Assembly (NCBI GenBank): GCA_020201435.1
Contig: JAIVGS010000001.1
Span: forward strand, 1-54,759
From: Myxococcales bacterium
GTDB taxonomy: Bacteria > Myxococcota > Myxococcia > Myxococcales > 40CM-4-68-19
Length of the DNA stretch: 54,759 bases
Direction: 5' to 3'
Part shown: positions 26,072-36,485 of the stretch, piece after piece
Layout of the letters: every line of letters starts with the position of its first letter
Numbering within the stretch: the first letter of the stretch is position 1
The notes under the pieces: generated by a model
Seen by the model: the letters and a program-made list of their open reading frames with translations, nothing else
What the model was told of the DNA's origin: nothing
Database searches by the model: none
Position numbers and translations under genes: made by a program

Positions 26072-26443
26072 ATGGATCCGCTCGAGCGCGGAGTCGAGCT
26101 CTTCAATCGCGGCCTCTACTGGGAGGCGCACGAGGCGTGGGAAGAGCTGTGGCTCGAGCTCGAGGACGAGCCGAAGCTGTTCATGCAGGGGCTGATCCAG
26201 CTCGCGGCCGCGTACCACAAGGCGACAGTGCAGATGCAGCCGTCCGGCTGCGTGAAGCTGCACCGCAGCGCGCTGGTCAAGCTGACGCCGGCGCCGCGCG
26301 ACTTCATGGGAGTGCAGACCGGGCCGCTCCTGGCTGCGGCGCACCGGACGTTGGCCGAGGCCGAGCGGTGGCTGGCCGGTGAAGCGCCCGGGATCGAGCG
26401 TGCGCTGATTCCGCGGATCACGTTGGCTCGCGACGTGCATTGA
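26072..26443 (+). CDS. DUF309-domain protein
   Basis: LFN.G.YWEAHEAWEELW and QGLIQLAAA.HK. Confidence 0.88.
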   Translation: MDPLERGVELFNRGLYWEAHEAWEELWLELEDEPKLFMQGLIQLAAAYHKATVQMQPSGCVKLHRSALVKLTPAPRDFMGVQTGPLLAAAHRTLAEAERWLAGEAPGIERALIPRITLARDVH

Positions 26444-26453
26444 CGTCGCCGGC

Positions 26454-27164
26454 GTGTCCATTTCGCTACAGCTGCAACGAGCGGCGATCGGCGCCCTCGA
26501 TCTGATCTTCCCCGTCCGGTGTGCTTCGTGCGATGCGCCGGGCGAATCGCCGTTCTGCGGTGTCTGCGCCGATACGCTGGTGCCGCTCGCGCCCGGGTGT
26601 CCCGTCTGTGGGGAGCCGGGAGACGAGGCGCTGTTGCCGCTGCTCAAGCCGCGTCGCTGCCAGCATTGCCGCGAGAAACCGCCGCCGTTCGTGATGGCGA
26701 CAGCGCCCTATCTGCACGGGGGCGCGCTCGCCGAGGCCATCCACCGGTTGAAGTACGAGCGCCGGGAGGATCTCGGACCGGCTTTGGCCGTCCTTTTCGA
26801 GGGGTGCGCGGGACCAAGATCGGACTGCCTGTGTCCCATTCCGCTACACCCTCGCCGGCTGCGGCAGCGCGGGTATGACCAGGCCCGGCTTCTGGCGGAC
26901 GGCGCGGCCAAACGGTTTCGCATTCCGGTGGTGCCCTTGCTCACGCGAGTTCGCGATACCGGGCAGCAGGTCGGACGCGATCGGGCGGCTCGCGAGCGGA
27001 ACGTCCGCGGCGCCTTCGCCGGGTCGGAAAAAGCCCACGGACTGCGGGTTTGCCTGGTCGACGATGTCCTCACCACGGGCGCTACCGCCGCCGCCGCCGC
27101 ACAAGCGCTCTTGAACGCTGGAGCGGCGAGAGTGGAGGTGCGCACGCTCGCCCGGGCACCCTAG
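26454..27164 (+). CDS. ComF-family protein (zinc ribbon + phosphoribosyltransferase domain)
   Basis: Four CxxC motifs, LKY, PIPLHPRRLRQRGYDQ, LVDDVLTTGAT. Confidence 0.92.
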   Translation: MSISLQLQRAAIGALDLIFPVRCASCDAPGESPFCGVCADTLVPLAPGCPVCGEPGDEALLPLLKPRRCQHCREKPPPFVMATAPYLHGGALAEAIHRLKYERREDLGPALAVLFEGCAGPRSDCLCPIPLHPRRLRQRGYDQARLLADGAAKRFRIPVVPLLTRVRDTGQQVGRDRAARERNVRGAFAGSEKAHGLRVCLVDDVLTTGATAAAAAQALLNAGAARVEVRTLARAP

Positions 27165-27264
27165 AGATCCGACGGTCGGCCGCCAGCAGGGGTGGCGGAC
27201 GGGCCGTTGCCGCGCTACAGCATGGCAGGAATGGGTGCGGCCCACCCGTCGTTGCTCGGATCGC

Positions 27265-30200
27265 ATGCACAGCCTTCTGCTGCTCGCCACGCTCCTCGCC
27301 GTTGCCCCGCTCGATGAGCCGACACCGGCCCTTCAGGCGCGGGTGCTGCGCGAGCTCGACAAGCCGCAGGCAGTCGCGGATCTCTTCCGGCTTTACGAGC
27401 GCCGGGACGAGAAGGGGGACCTCGCGCCCCTGCTCGCCACGCTGGACGAGGCTGTCCGCTCGCCCAAGGCCCGGCCGGACGTGCGGGCGGTCGCGATGGA
27501 AGTGCGCGGCGAGCTGCTCCTCTCGCAGGGTCAATTGCCGCGGGCGGCGGCGGAGTTCGAGAAGCTGGCCGAGATCGGCGCCTGGAGCATCCTGGGGCCG
27601 TTCGGCAACGAGGCGCGCGCGGGGCTGCTGGCCGAGTATCCGCCGGAAAAAGAGGGCTTCGACCCGAAGGCCGTGTACCACGGCAAGGAGCACGACGTGA
27701 CCTGGCGCGCGCTGCCGCCGGGGCACGCGCCGTACGGTTTCGTCGATCTCGCCGCAGCGGTGTATCCGCGGACTGACGTGGCGGTGTACGCGGCGACGGT
27801 GCTCAGGAGCGCCAGGGCGCAGCCTGCGATCTTCCATCTCGGCGCGAGCGGCGCGACCCGCGTGTGGATCGACGGCAAGCTCGTCCACGAGGACGCGGCG
27901 CTGCATCCGTCGCGCTTCGACCAGCAGTCGTTCGAAGCGCCGCTGCAGGCCGGCGACAACTTCGTGCTGGTCAAGATCGCCCACTCCACGGGCCGGCTCG
28001 GGTTCAGCCTGCGCGTGGCCGACGGCAAGGACTCGCCGCTGCCTGACCTGGCGAAGTCCGCGCGGACCCCCCAGACTGCCACGCCCGCGTTTGCGGCCGC
28101 GCTGGAAGGCGCGCGGAAGAAGGCTCCGCCGGCGAAAAAGCCCCCGGACGCGCTCGACGAGCTCCGCGCCGCCGCGGCGAAGAACCCCTCGGATGCGCGC
28201 GCGCAGGAAGATCTCGCGCTGCTCCTCACCTGGCGGCGTCCTGCCGACGAGGCCGAGCGCATGCCGCTGCGCGCGATGGAACGCGTTCTCGACGCCGCGC
28301 CGACCGACCCCGAAGCCGCCCTGCGCTACGCGCGACTCGAGGATCGGGACGCGAACAAACGCCGCGCCGCCATCGAGGCCGCCCTCGAAAAACACCCGCA
28401 GAACGCGGCCTTGCTCGACGCCCTCGCAGCCTACCGCCTCGACCGCGGCGAGGGTTGGGCCGCGCTGGAGCTGGCGCAGAAAGCTCGCGCCGCCGCGCCC
28501 GATCTGGCCGATCCGCTGATCACCCAGGCCCGCGCTCTCGACGCCGTCGGCCTCACGGCTCGCGCCGCCCTCGCCCGGCAGGAAGTGGCGAAGGCGCATC
28601 CGGATCTGGCTCGCGCACACCGCGCCGCCGCGGGCGCCCTCCGCCGGCTCGGCCGGACCGCCGACGCGATCGAAGAGCTGCGCAAGGCGGTCGCGCTGAG
28701 GTTCGACGACGCCGAGGCGCGCAGCGAGCTGATCTCGCTGTTGCTCGACCGCGGCGACCTCGACGGAGCGATCAAGCTGTACGGCGAGACGCTCGCCCTC
28801 GAACCGGGCGCGCTCTACCCGCGGCTGCGCGCGGCGGGATTGCTCTCGGAGAACGGCCGCGCCAAGGACGCCGAGGACGCGTTCGCCCAGGCGCTCCAGC
28901 TCGCTCCGGACGATCCGGAATCCCACGAGCAGCTCGGCCGCCACCGACTGCGCGCGCAGGACGATTCCGGCGCCCTGGCTGCATTCACCCGCGCGATCGG
29001 CCTGCGGCCGCAGAACCCGGCGCTGCGCGAGCTGGTCCGCAGCATCCGGCCCGAAGAGCAGTACGCCGCGCCCTACCTGTACGACGCGCGAGTGCTGGCG
29101 CAGCTGCCGAGGCTCGCCGGCGAGGACGTGGAGACCCTGGCCGACCTCTCGGTCACCAAGGTCTTCGCCAACGGCCTCTCCTCGCGCACGCACCAGATCG
29201 TCCTGCGCGCGCTCTCCAACCGCGGCGTCGACGCCGCGCGCGTGCAGAGCGTGCAGTACTCGCCCGACCGCCAGGTGGTGAAGATCGAGCGCGCCCGCAT
29301 CTTCAAGAAGGACGGCTCGATCATCGAGAGCAAGAGCGACGGCGAGCGAAATCTCTCCGAGCCATGGTACGGCCTCTACTACGACGTCCGCGCGCGGATC
29401 GTCGCCTTCCCGCAGCTCGAAGCGGGCGACGTCGTCGAGCTGGTCACGCGACTCGACGATTCGGGCTCGAACTTCTTCGCCGACTACTTCGGCGACTTCG
29501 CGTATCTGCAGTCGACGCAGACGCGGCGCAACTCCGACTACGTCCTCCTCGGCCCGCCGGGGCGCATTTTCTATGCCAGCGCGACGCCGCTCGCGGGCCT
29601 GGTCCACACCTCGGGGAAGTCTCCCGACGGCGGCACCTGGCAGCGTTGGACCGCGCACGAGGTCCCCAAGCTCGTCCCCGAGCCGTCGATGCCGGGGTAC
29701 TCGGAGGTGCTCGCCTACGTCCACGTCTCGACCTACAAGACGTGGGAAGACGTCGGCAGGTTCTACTGGGGCCTGGTCAAGGATCAACTCCGCGTCACCG
29801 ACGAGATCCGCGCCGCGGCGCAGGAAGCGGTCAAGGGCATTCCCGAGACCGACGAAGAGGCGCGCATCCGCGCGGTGTACGACTTCGTCGTCTCCCGCAC
29901 GCGGTACGTCGGTTTGGAATTCGGCATCAACTCGTTCAAGCCCTATCCCGTCGAGACGATCCTCTCCCGGCGCTTCGGCGACTGCAAGGACAAGGCTTCG
30001 CTGATGCACGCGATGCTCGAGTCGCTCGGCATCGACTCGCGCCTGACGCTCCTGCGGATGAAGCGGCTGGGGGGCATCGAGGACGTGCCGGCCTCGCTCG
30101 CGGTCTTCAACCACGCCATCCTCTACGTCCCGAAGTACAAGCTGTTCCTCGACGGCACCGCCGAGTTCCACGGCTCCGGCGAGCTGCCCGGCGACGATCG

Positions 30201-30936
30201 CGGCGCGGAAGTCCTCGTCGTCGAGCCGAACGGGCCGTCGAAGTTCTTCCGCACGCCGGAGGCGTCGCCGGCCGACAACACCGACGAGACCCGCATCTCG
30301 GCCAGGCTCGCTCCCGACGGGAGCGCGACCGTCCAGTTCAAGGCCAGCGCGCGCGGCTCGTGGACCGCGGAGATGCGCCGCATCTTCGAGCCCGCCAACG
30401 AACGCCGCGCGCGGGCCGAGGAGCACCTCGGCCGCGCGGCGTTCCCCAACGTCAAGGTGACCTCTGTCGACGTCAGCGATCCGCACGAGATCGAGAAGCC
30501 GTTCGTGGCGCAGATCGTGGCGAGCGCGACCGGATTCGCTTTCCCGTCCGGCAGCGGGCTGCGCTTCTCGCCGTTCGGAGAGCGGCAGAGCTTCGTGGAG
30601 TCGTACGCGCAGCTTTCGAAGCGCGCCCTTCCCGAGCGGCTGCCGGCGCCGCAGACGACGGTGATCGAGTCGCAGGTCGAGCTGCCCAAGGGCTGGACGG
30701 CGACGCTGCCGGAAGGCGCGCGCGAGTCGGGTCCCCAGGGCTCCTACGTGGTGACGTACGCGCGCGAAGGCGGCGTGGTCACCGCCCGGCTCGAGCTGAC
30801 GTTGAACGGCGGCGTGCTCGCGCCACAGGAGTACGGCGCGTTCCGCGCCTTCCTCGGGCGGCTCGACGAGGCGCTGCACCGGCGCGTGGAGGCGGCGCCG
30901 GCGACGCAGACGGCATCGGCCAAGGACATGAGGTGA
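27265..30936 (+). CDS. Exported TPR + DUF3857 + transglutaminase-like protein with intact Cys-His-Asp triad
   Basis: Signal peptide MHSLLLLATLLA; TPR-like helices; FPQLEAGDVVE; RYVGLEFG, GDCKDKA, FNHAI, LDGT. Confidence 0.88.
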   Translation: MHSLLLLATLLAVAPLDEPTPALQARVLRELDKPQAVADLFRLYERRDEKGDLAPLLATLDEAVRSPKARPDVRAVAMEVRGELLLSQGQLPRAAAEFEKLAEIGAWSILGPFGNEARAGLLAEYPPEKEGFDPKAVYHGKEHDVTWRALPPGHAPYGFVDLAAAVYPRTDVAVYAATVLRSARAQPAIFHLGASGATRVWIDGKLVHEDAALHPSRFDQQSFEAPLQAGDNFVLVKIAHSTGRLGFSLRVADGKDSPLPDLAKSARTPQTATPAFAAALEGARKKAPPAKKPPDALDELRAAAAKNPSDARAQEDLALLLTWRRPADEAERMPLRAMERVLDAAPTDPEAALRYARLEDRDANKRRAAIEAALEKHPQNAALLDALAAYRLDRGEGWAALELAQKARAAAPDLADPLITQARALDAVGLTARAALARQEVAKAHPDLARAHRAAAGALRRLGRTADAIEELRKAVALRFDDAEARSELISLLLDRGDLDGAIKLYGETLALEPGALYPRLRAAGLLSENGRAKDAEDAFAQALQLAPDDPESHEQLGRHRLRAQDDSGALAAFTRAIGLRPQNPALRELVRSIRPEEQYAAPYLYDARVLAQLPRLAGEDVETLADLSVTKVFANGLSSRTHQIVLRALSNRGVDAARVQSVQYSPDRQVVKIERARIFKKDGSIIESKSDGERNLSEPWYGLYYDVRARIVAFPQLEAGDVVELVTRLDDSGSNFFADYFGDFAYLQSTQTRRNSDYVLLGPPGRIFYASATPLAGLVHTSGKSPDGGTWQRWTAHEVPKLVPEPSMPGYSEVLAYVHVSTYKTWEDVGRFYWGLVKDQLRVTDEIRAAAQEAVKGIPETDEEARIRAVYDFVVSRTRYVGLEFGINSFKPYPVETILSRRFGDCKDKASLMHAMLESLGIDSRLTLLRMKRLGGIEDVPASLAVFNHAILYVPKYKLFLDGTAEFHGSGELPGDDRGAEVLVVEPNGPSKFFRTPEASPADNTDETRISARLAPDGSATVQFKASARGSWTAEMRRIFEPANERRARAEEHLGRAAFPNVKVTSVDVSDPHEIEKPFVAQIVASATGFAFPSGSGLRFSPFGERQSFVESYAQLSKRALPERLPAPQTTVIESQVELPKGWTATLPEGARESGPQGSYVVTYAREGGVVTARLELTLNGGVLAPQEYGAFRAFLGRLDEALHRRVEAAPATQTASAKDMR

Positions 30937-33900
30937 CGCGCTTTTCGGCTGCGCTGGCCTTCGCGGCGCTGGCCTCGTGCGCGTTCGGCAGCCATCGGGA
31001 CGCGGGGCCGCGCGGGAATCCGGACGATGCGCTGGCAAAGCTCGACCAGGCGGAAGCGGCGGCGCGCAAGGATCCCTCGCTCAGGGCCCGCGCGGGATGG
31101 CTGCGGTACCTGATCGCCTCGGATCCGCGCGGCGCGACCCGATGGCTCGAAGGCGACCGGAGCACGCTCGCGCTCTGCGGGCTCGCCGAGATCGCCGAGG
31201 ACCGCACCGACTCGCTGCAGGCGACGAAGCTCTGGATCCAGGCGATCGAGACCGCGCCGACGGATCCGATCGCCGAGCTGGCCGGCGTCCGGTTGCTCGA
31301 CATCGAAGGGGAGACGCCGGAAGTCGACGACGCGATCAGTCGCGCGGCTGCGGCGGCGAAGGGGCCGATGGCTCCACGCACGGCGCGGCTTCTGCGGGAG
31401 GCCGCGGCGCGGATCGCGGGCAGGCGCGCGCAGGTTCGGCACGATCCGTCGCTCGAGGTCGACGCCTGGCGCGCGGTGGGCGCGATCCAGCGCTGGCGCG
31501 TCGCGGGGCCGTTCGGCGCCCTGCGCCTCTTCGATCTGCGCCGGCCGCTCGCGCTCGACGGCCGTTCGGTCGCCACCGCGGCGTGGAACGACCGCACGCT
31601 CGATTTTCCCGACGCCGACGCCGGCCTCGACCTCGAGCCGCAGGACGGCGACGTCTTCTACGCCGCGAGCGAGATCGCGCTCGAGCACGGCGGCAACTAC
31701 CTGCTCTGGGTCGAGGGGGCCGCGGCGCTCGAGGCTCGCGTCGACGGCTCGGTCGCGATCTCACGCGTGCCGTATCCGCTCGAGACGCCTCGCTCGCAAA
31801 CCGCCGCGGTCCGGCTCGGCGCCGGAAAGCACCAGGTGCTGGTGCGCTGGAGTCGCGCCGAGGGCAGCCGCTTCCGCATCGCGCTCGCTCGCGGCGACGG
31901 CGCGCCCTCCGACCTCGCCAGCGCCGCGCCTTCCCAGATGAGCGGCGCGCGGACCGAAGCGCCTTGCGCGCTCGGCGAGGTGTGCACCGTTCCTCCGGCC
32001 TGGATCGACAAGGCCGATCTCCGGAGGGCGGCGTCGGCGATGCTCGAGCAGGACCCCGCTGACGCGCTCGGAGCGTGGCTCCTCGCGCGCGCGGCGATGG
32101 GCGACGACCGCACCGTCTCGCGCTTCGGCGTCGATCGAGCCGTCCAGGCGACGAACGGCGGCGCGCCGGCGCTCGCCTTGCGGGCGCAGCAGCTGCTCCA
32201 CGACCCTGAGGTGCCGGAGCGGATCGGCCGCGGCAGGGCGCTCTCCGATCTGCAGGAAGCGGTCCGGAAGGACCCGCGCCTGCTGCGCGCCCGCCTGACC
32301 GCCGCGGCGCTCGAGCGCGAGTCGGAACGTTACGACGACGCCGCCCAGGATCTCGACAAGGCCGAAGCGCTGCTGCACGAGGACAAGCTGCCCCTTCCGG
32401 CGCGGCTTCTCACCGCCCGATCGCGGCTGCTCGAGGCGCGCGGGAACGGCGCCGGCGCGCGAGCGAAGGCCGAGGCAGCGCTGAAGGCCGCGCCCGGCCG
32501 GTGCGACACGCTGCAGCTCCTGAACGATCTCTCGCGCCGCGATGGCTCGCTCGCCGACCAGAAACGCTACGCGGAGGCGCTGGTCCCATGTCAGGACGGC
32601 GTCGCCATCGCCGCGCAGATGGCGCGCGATCGGGGCGAGCTGGCGAAGGCCGGGGAGCTCCTCGACCTCGCCGTCGCTCTGAGGCCCGCGCAGCCGGCGC
32701 GGCTCGAGCAGCTCGCCGATCTCGAAGCGGCGCGCAACCACGTGCCGTCGGCGGTGGCCTCGGTGCGAAAAGCGGCCGCGCTCGCGCCGCGGAGCGCCGA
32801 GCCGCTGCGGCGGCTCGCGGGGCTGCTCGAGCTGCTCGGCGAGACCAAGGGCGCCTCCGAGGCGCGCCGAGCCGCGCTGCGGCTCGCCCCGGGCGATCTG
32901 CAGCTGCGCCAGCAGCTCGCCCTCGACGAAGGCGCGCATCTTCTGTCGTGGACGGATCGCGACGCGGTCGCGCTGGCGAAGGCGAGGACGGCGTCCGCGG
33001 CGCCTCCGGGATCATCGGCGGTGCGCCTGCTCGACTACGGCGCGGCGCAGTTCTTCCCCGACGGCGGCGGCGTCGAGCGGGTGCACACCGTCGCGCGGGT
33101 CCTCGACAAGAAGGGCGTCACTAGATTCGGCGAGACGCAGGTGCCGTCCGACGCGGTGGTCCTCCACCTGCGCACGTTGAAAGCCAACGGGCGCGTGCTG
33201 GAGCCGGAATCGATCCCGGAAAAGGAGAGCGTCAGCCTGCCCGGCCTCGAGCCCGGCGACGCGGTCGAGATCGACTACCTGCGCGGCATCGGCCCGCGCG
33301 GGCCCGATCTGCCCGGCTACGCGCTGAGCGCGTTCTTCTTCCGCGACGACGAGACGCCGCTCACCGAGACGACCTACGAGGTGCTCGCGCCCGTACCGTT
33401 CGAAGTCGACGCGCACAACTTCGTGCTGCCGCCGGGCGCGATCCAGCGCGACGGCGAGACGCAGCGCTTCCGGTACAGCGCCCGCGAGGTGGGGCCGCTG
33501 CAGACGCAGCCGCACTCGCCGGGCGAGAACGAGACGATGCCGTGGGTCCAGATCGGCGCCGGCGCGGGTCAGAAGGACCTGATCCGTTCGATCGCCGACT
33601 GGTCGCTTCTGCGCAGCCGCCCCGGGACCACGACCCTCGACCTCGCGAGGCGATCGACGGGCGTGAACCTCGCCGACTCCGCGCGCCGGATTCACGCGGC
33701 GGTTTCGCAGGCCGTTCGCGGCCGTTCGACGGGGACGGATTTCTCCGCGTCCGCGGCGCACATCCTCGCCCAGGGCCGGGGCAATCGCCTGGTGGTGCTC
33801 AAGGCGACCCTCGCCTCCGCGCAGATCGCCTCGCACGTCGTCCTGACGCGGACGTTCGGGAGCGATCCCGCGCCCTATCGTTTCCCGCGCGGCGAGCTGT

Positions 33901-34712
33901 TCGGCTACGGCGTCCTGCGGATCGACCTGCCGGACGGACCGGTGTGGGTCGATCCGTCGTACCGGCTGGCGCCGTTCGGGCAGCTTCCGGTCTTCGCCCG
34001 CGGCCAGGACGCGTGGGTCGTGCCCGAGCCGGGCGAGCAGCCGATCGAGATCCGCACGCCCGCGTCACTGCCCGATGAGAAGGACGGCCGCGCGCTGTCG
34101 CTCGACCTGAAGCTCGACGCGAGCGGGGCCGCGACGGGCAACGGGCGCGACGAGCATTTCGGATTCGAGGCGGCTTCGCTGAAGGACGCGCTGGAGCGGT
34201 TCGATCGCGATCAGCGCAAGCAGGCGGTGGAGGCGATGCTCGGGCGCGGCCTGCGCGGCGTTTCGCTCGAGCAGCTCTCGACCGAGCACGAGACGGAGGT
34301 CGGCGGCTCGGCCACGTTGATCTACTCGCTCCACGTCGACCTGGCGCGGCGAGACGGCGACCAGCTCTTCGTGCCGAGCTCGATGTCGCCGTCGCGGCTG
34401 GTGCGCCGGTGGGCGGGCACCGGCGATCGCAACGTCGCGCTGCTGCTCGATTCGCCGGAGGCGGTGACCTCGCGCACGTCGATCGCGCTGCCGAAGGATC
34501 GACACCTGCGCGGAAAGGCCGCGGCGGTCGCGCTCGCGACTCCGTTCGGCGACTATCGCTGGAACGCGCGCGAGGAGAACGGAGCGCTGATCGTCGAGGA
34601 GTCGCTGCGCGTGCCGCAGCAGCGGGTGATGCCGGCCGCCTACGCCGCGTTCGCCGCGTTCGCCCGCGGCGTCGACGACGCGCAATCGCAGGAGCTGCTC
34701 GTCGCGCCCTAG
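30933..34712 (+). CDS. Lipoprotein paralogue: TPR + DUF3857 + catalytically degenerate transglutaminase-like domain
   Basis: GTGA overlap with the upstream stop; lipobox-like LASC; LPGLEPGDAVEIDY; ILAQGRGNRL where the partner has GDCKDK; WVDP retained. Confidence 0.82.
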   Translation: MTRFSAALAFAALASCAFGSHRDAGPRGNPDDALAKLDQAEAAARKDPSLRARAGWLRYLIASDPRGATRWLEGDRSTLALCGLAEIAEDRTDSLQATKLWIQAIETAPTDPIAELAGVRLLDIEGETPEVDDAISRAAAAAKGPMAPRTARLLREAAARIAGRRAQVRHDPSLEVDAWRAVGAIQRWRVAGPFGALRLFDLRRPLALDGRSVATAAWNDRTLDFPDADAGLDLEPQDGDVFYAASEIALEHGGNYLLWVEGAAALEARVDGSVAISRVPYPLETPRSQTAAVRLGAGKHQVLVRWSRAEGSRFRIALARGDGAPSDLASAAPSQMSGARTEAPCALGEVCTVPPAWIDKADLRRAASAMLEQDPADALGAWLLARAAMGDDRTVSRFGVDRAVQATNGGAPALALRAQQLLHDPEVPERIGRGRALSDLQEAVRKDPRLLRARLTAAALERESERYDDAAQDLDKAEALLHEDKLPLPARLLTARSRLLEARGNGAGARAKAEAALKAAPGRCDTLQLLNDLSRRDGSLADQKRYAEALVPCQDGVAIAAQMARDRGELAKAGELLDLAVALRPAQPARLEQLADLEAARNHVPSAVASVRKAAALAPRSAEPLRRLAGLLELLGETKGASEARRAALRLAPGDLQLRQQLALDEGAHLLSWTDRDAVALAKARTASAAPPGSSAVRLLDYGAAQFFPDGGGVERVHTVARVLDKKGVTRFGETQVPSDAVVLHLRTLKANGRVLEPESIPEKESVSLPGLEPGDAVEIDYLRGIGPRGPDLPGYALSAFFFRDDETPLTETTYEVLAPVPFEVDAHNFVLPPGAIQRDGETQRFRYSAREVGPLQTQPHSPGENETMPWVQIGAGAGQKDLIRSIADWSLLRSRPGTTTLDLARRSTGVNLADSARRIHAAVSQAVRGRSTGTDFSASAAHILAQGRGNRLVVLKATLASAQIASHVVLTRTFGSDPAPYRFPRGELFGYGVLRIDLPDGPVWVDPSYRLAPFGQLPVFARGQDAWVVPEPGEQPIEIRTPASLPDEKDGRALSLDLKLDASGAATGNGRDEHFGFEAASLKDALERFDRDQRKQAVEAMLGRGLRGVSLEQLSTEHETEVGGSATLIYSLHVDLARRDGDQLFVPSSMSPSRLVRRWAGTGDRNVALLLDSPEAVTSRTSIALPKDRHLRGKAAAVALATPFGDYRWNAREENGALIVEESLRVPQQRVMPAAYAAFAAFARGVDDAQSQELLVAP

Positions 34713-35848
34713 AAGAACCGCAACGACACTTCGCTATGCAGGTCGAGGCCGCGGTCGTTCAGGCGCAGCACCGATCCCTCCAGCTCGCCCAGGCCGTCGC
34801 GCACTATCTGGGCGATTTCGTTGACGAATCGCGAGCGGACCGGAATGTCGAGATCGGTCGAGAGCGAGTCGAGATCGACGCCTTGCGCGAGTCGCAAGCC
34901 GGTGAAGAGGCGCTCGCGCAGGTGCTGCTCGGAAGTGATCTCTTCGAACGAGGCCTCGCCCTTCCCGGTCTGTTCGACGCGCTCCATGTAGCGCTCGGGC
35001 GAGCGATCGTTCGCGTAGCGGCGGCCGCGGCGGAAGCCGCAGGCGCCGCAGCCGGCGGCCGCGTACTCGCCGCCGCGCCAGTACAACGTGTTGTGGACGG
35101 ATTCGAAGCCCTTGCGCGCGTAGTTGGAGATCTCGTAGCGCGCGTATCCGCCTTTGACGAGCTCGGCGCGGACCGATTCGCCCATCTCGGCCGCGCTCTC
35201 GTCGTCGGGCAGCTCGATCTCGCCGCGCTGCCACGCCTTGGCCATCGGGACTTCCTCGGCCAGCCCGGTCAGCGTCAGCGCGTAACACGAGATGTGCTCG
35301 GGCCCGAGCGCGACCGCCGACGCCGCGTCTCGCGCCGCCAGCTGGCGGGTCTGCCGCTCGACGCCGTGGATGAGATCCAGCGAAGTGTTCCTGAAGCCGG
35401 CCCGCCGCGCGGTCTCGAACGCATGCACCGCGTCGCCAGGCGAGTGCTTGCGACCCAGCGAGATCAATTGCGCCGGCGCGAACGACTGGACGCCGATCGA
35501 GATCCGATTCGCTCCCGCTTCGCGAAACGCCGCGAATCGCTCTTCGTCGGTCGTGCCGGGGTTCGCTTCCAACGTGATCTCGGCGTCGTCGCGGACGCGC
35601 CAGAGCGAGCGGACTTCACGAACGACTTGCGCGAAGAGCGGCGGATCCCACAGCGACGGCGTCCCGCCGCCGATGTAGATCGAGACCGCCTCGCGACCGG
35701 CAAATTCCGAAGCGCGCGTCTCGAGCTCGCGCAGCACCGCCTCGGTGTACCGCCGCTGCGGGATCACCTTCTCGGCGCGCGAGGCGAAATCGCAGTACGG
35801 GCACTTCGAGAGGCAGTACGGGAAGTGGATGTAGACGCCGAACGCCAT
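34709..35848 (-). CDS. hemW: Radical SAM heme chaperone HemW
   Basis: YIHFPYCLSKCPYCDF (CxxxCxxC), GGGTPS, EANP, YEISN, HNTLYW. Confidence 0.92.
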   Translation of the reverse strand: MAFGVYIHFPYCLSKCPYCDFASRAEKVIPQRRYTEAVLRELETRASEFAGREAVSIYIGGGTPSLWDPPLFAQVVREVRSLWRVRDDAEITLEANPGTTDEERFAAFREAGANRISIGVQSFAPAQLISLGRKHSPGDAVHAFETARRAGFRNTSLDLIHGVERQTRQLAARDAASAVALGPEHISCYALTLTGLAEEVPMAKAWQRGEIELPDDESAAEMGESVRAELVKGGYARYEISNYARKGFESVHNTLYWRGGEYAAAGCGACGFRRGRRYANDRSPERYMERVEQTGKGEASFEEITSEQHLRERLFTGLRLAQGVDLDSLSTDLDIPVRSRFVNEIAQIVRDGLGELEGSVLRLNDRGLDLHSEVSLRFF

Positions 35849-36483
35849 CAGGGTTCGTGGAACTTCGCCACCAGCGTCTCGGCGCGCGCCGCGGTCACCC
35901 ATTCCTGGAGGATCGGCCACGACCAGACGTGGTCGACGTAGTCCTTGCCGCCGGGGATGGAATAGGTCCGGAACCGCGACACCACCGGCGCATACATGCA
36001 GTCGGCGATGGTCGGCTTCTTCCCGAACAGCCACGGCCCTTTGGAAGCCCTCAGGCATTCGTCCCAGATCGCGACGATCCGATCGACGTCGGCCTGCGTC
36101 TCGGGCCGCAGCGGCTTGTACGGATGCTGCTGCACGATCTTCATCGAGCAGTCGTTGCGCAGGTTGGTGAATCCCGAGTGCATCTCCGCGCTGACCGCCC
36201 GCGCCCGCGCGCGCTGCGCGGCGTCGGCCGGCCACAGACCAGCCTGCGGAAACTTTTCATGAAGGTATTCGCAGATCGCGATCGAGTCCCAGACGGTGAG
36301 ATCGCCGTCGAGGAGCGCCGGCACCCGTCCGCTCGGAGAGTACTTGCGGATGTTCTGCGCGGTATCCGGCATGTCGAGCGGAACCACCTGCTCCTCGAAC
36401 GGCGCGCCGGTGATCTTCAAAGCCAGCCACGGCCGCAGCGACCACGACGAATACTTCTTGTTGCCGATCACGATTTTCAGCAT
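35848..36483 (-). CDS. Glutathione S-transferase family protein
   Basis: GNKKYSSWSLRPWL, SPSGRVP, DSIAICEY, AEMHSGF, IADCMYAPV. Confidence 0.93.
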   Translation of the reverse strand: MLKIVIGNKKYSSWSLRPWLALKITGAPFEEQVVPLDMPDTAQNIRKYSPSGRVPALLDGDLTVWDSIAICEYLHEKFPQAGLWPADAAQRARARAVSAEMHSGFTNLRNDCSMKIVQQHPYKPLRPETQADVDRIVAIWDECLRASKGPWLFGKKPTIADCMYAPVVSRFRTYSIPGGKDYVDHVWSWPILQEWVTAARAETLVAKFHEP

Positions 36484-36485
36484 CT

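Noticed and set aside
27165-27264. Sigma-54 promoter or riboswitch upstream of the DUF3857 pair
   Set aside because: TGGCAG...TGC has GG-N11-GC rather than the required N10 spacing. The short GC hairpins are expected by chance.
28455-30932. N-terminal 826 aa of the 2085-aa ORF as part of one giant protein
   Set aside because: Out-of-frame overlap with the first DUF3857 gene. The real gene begins at GTG 30933 with a lipoprotein signal.
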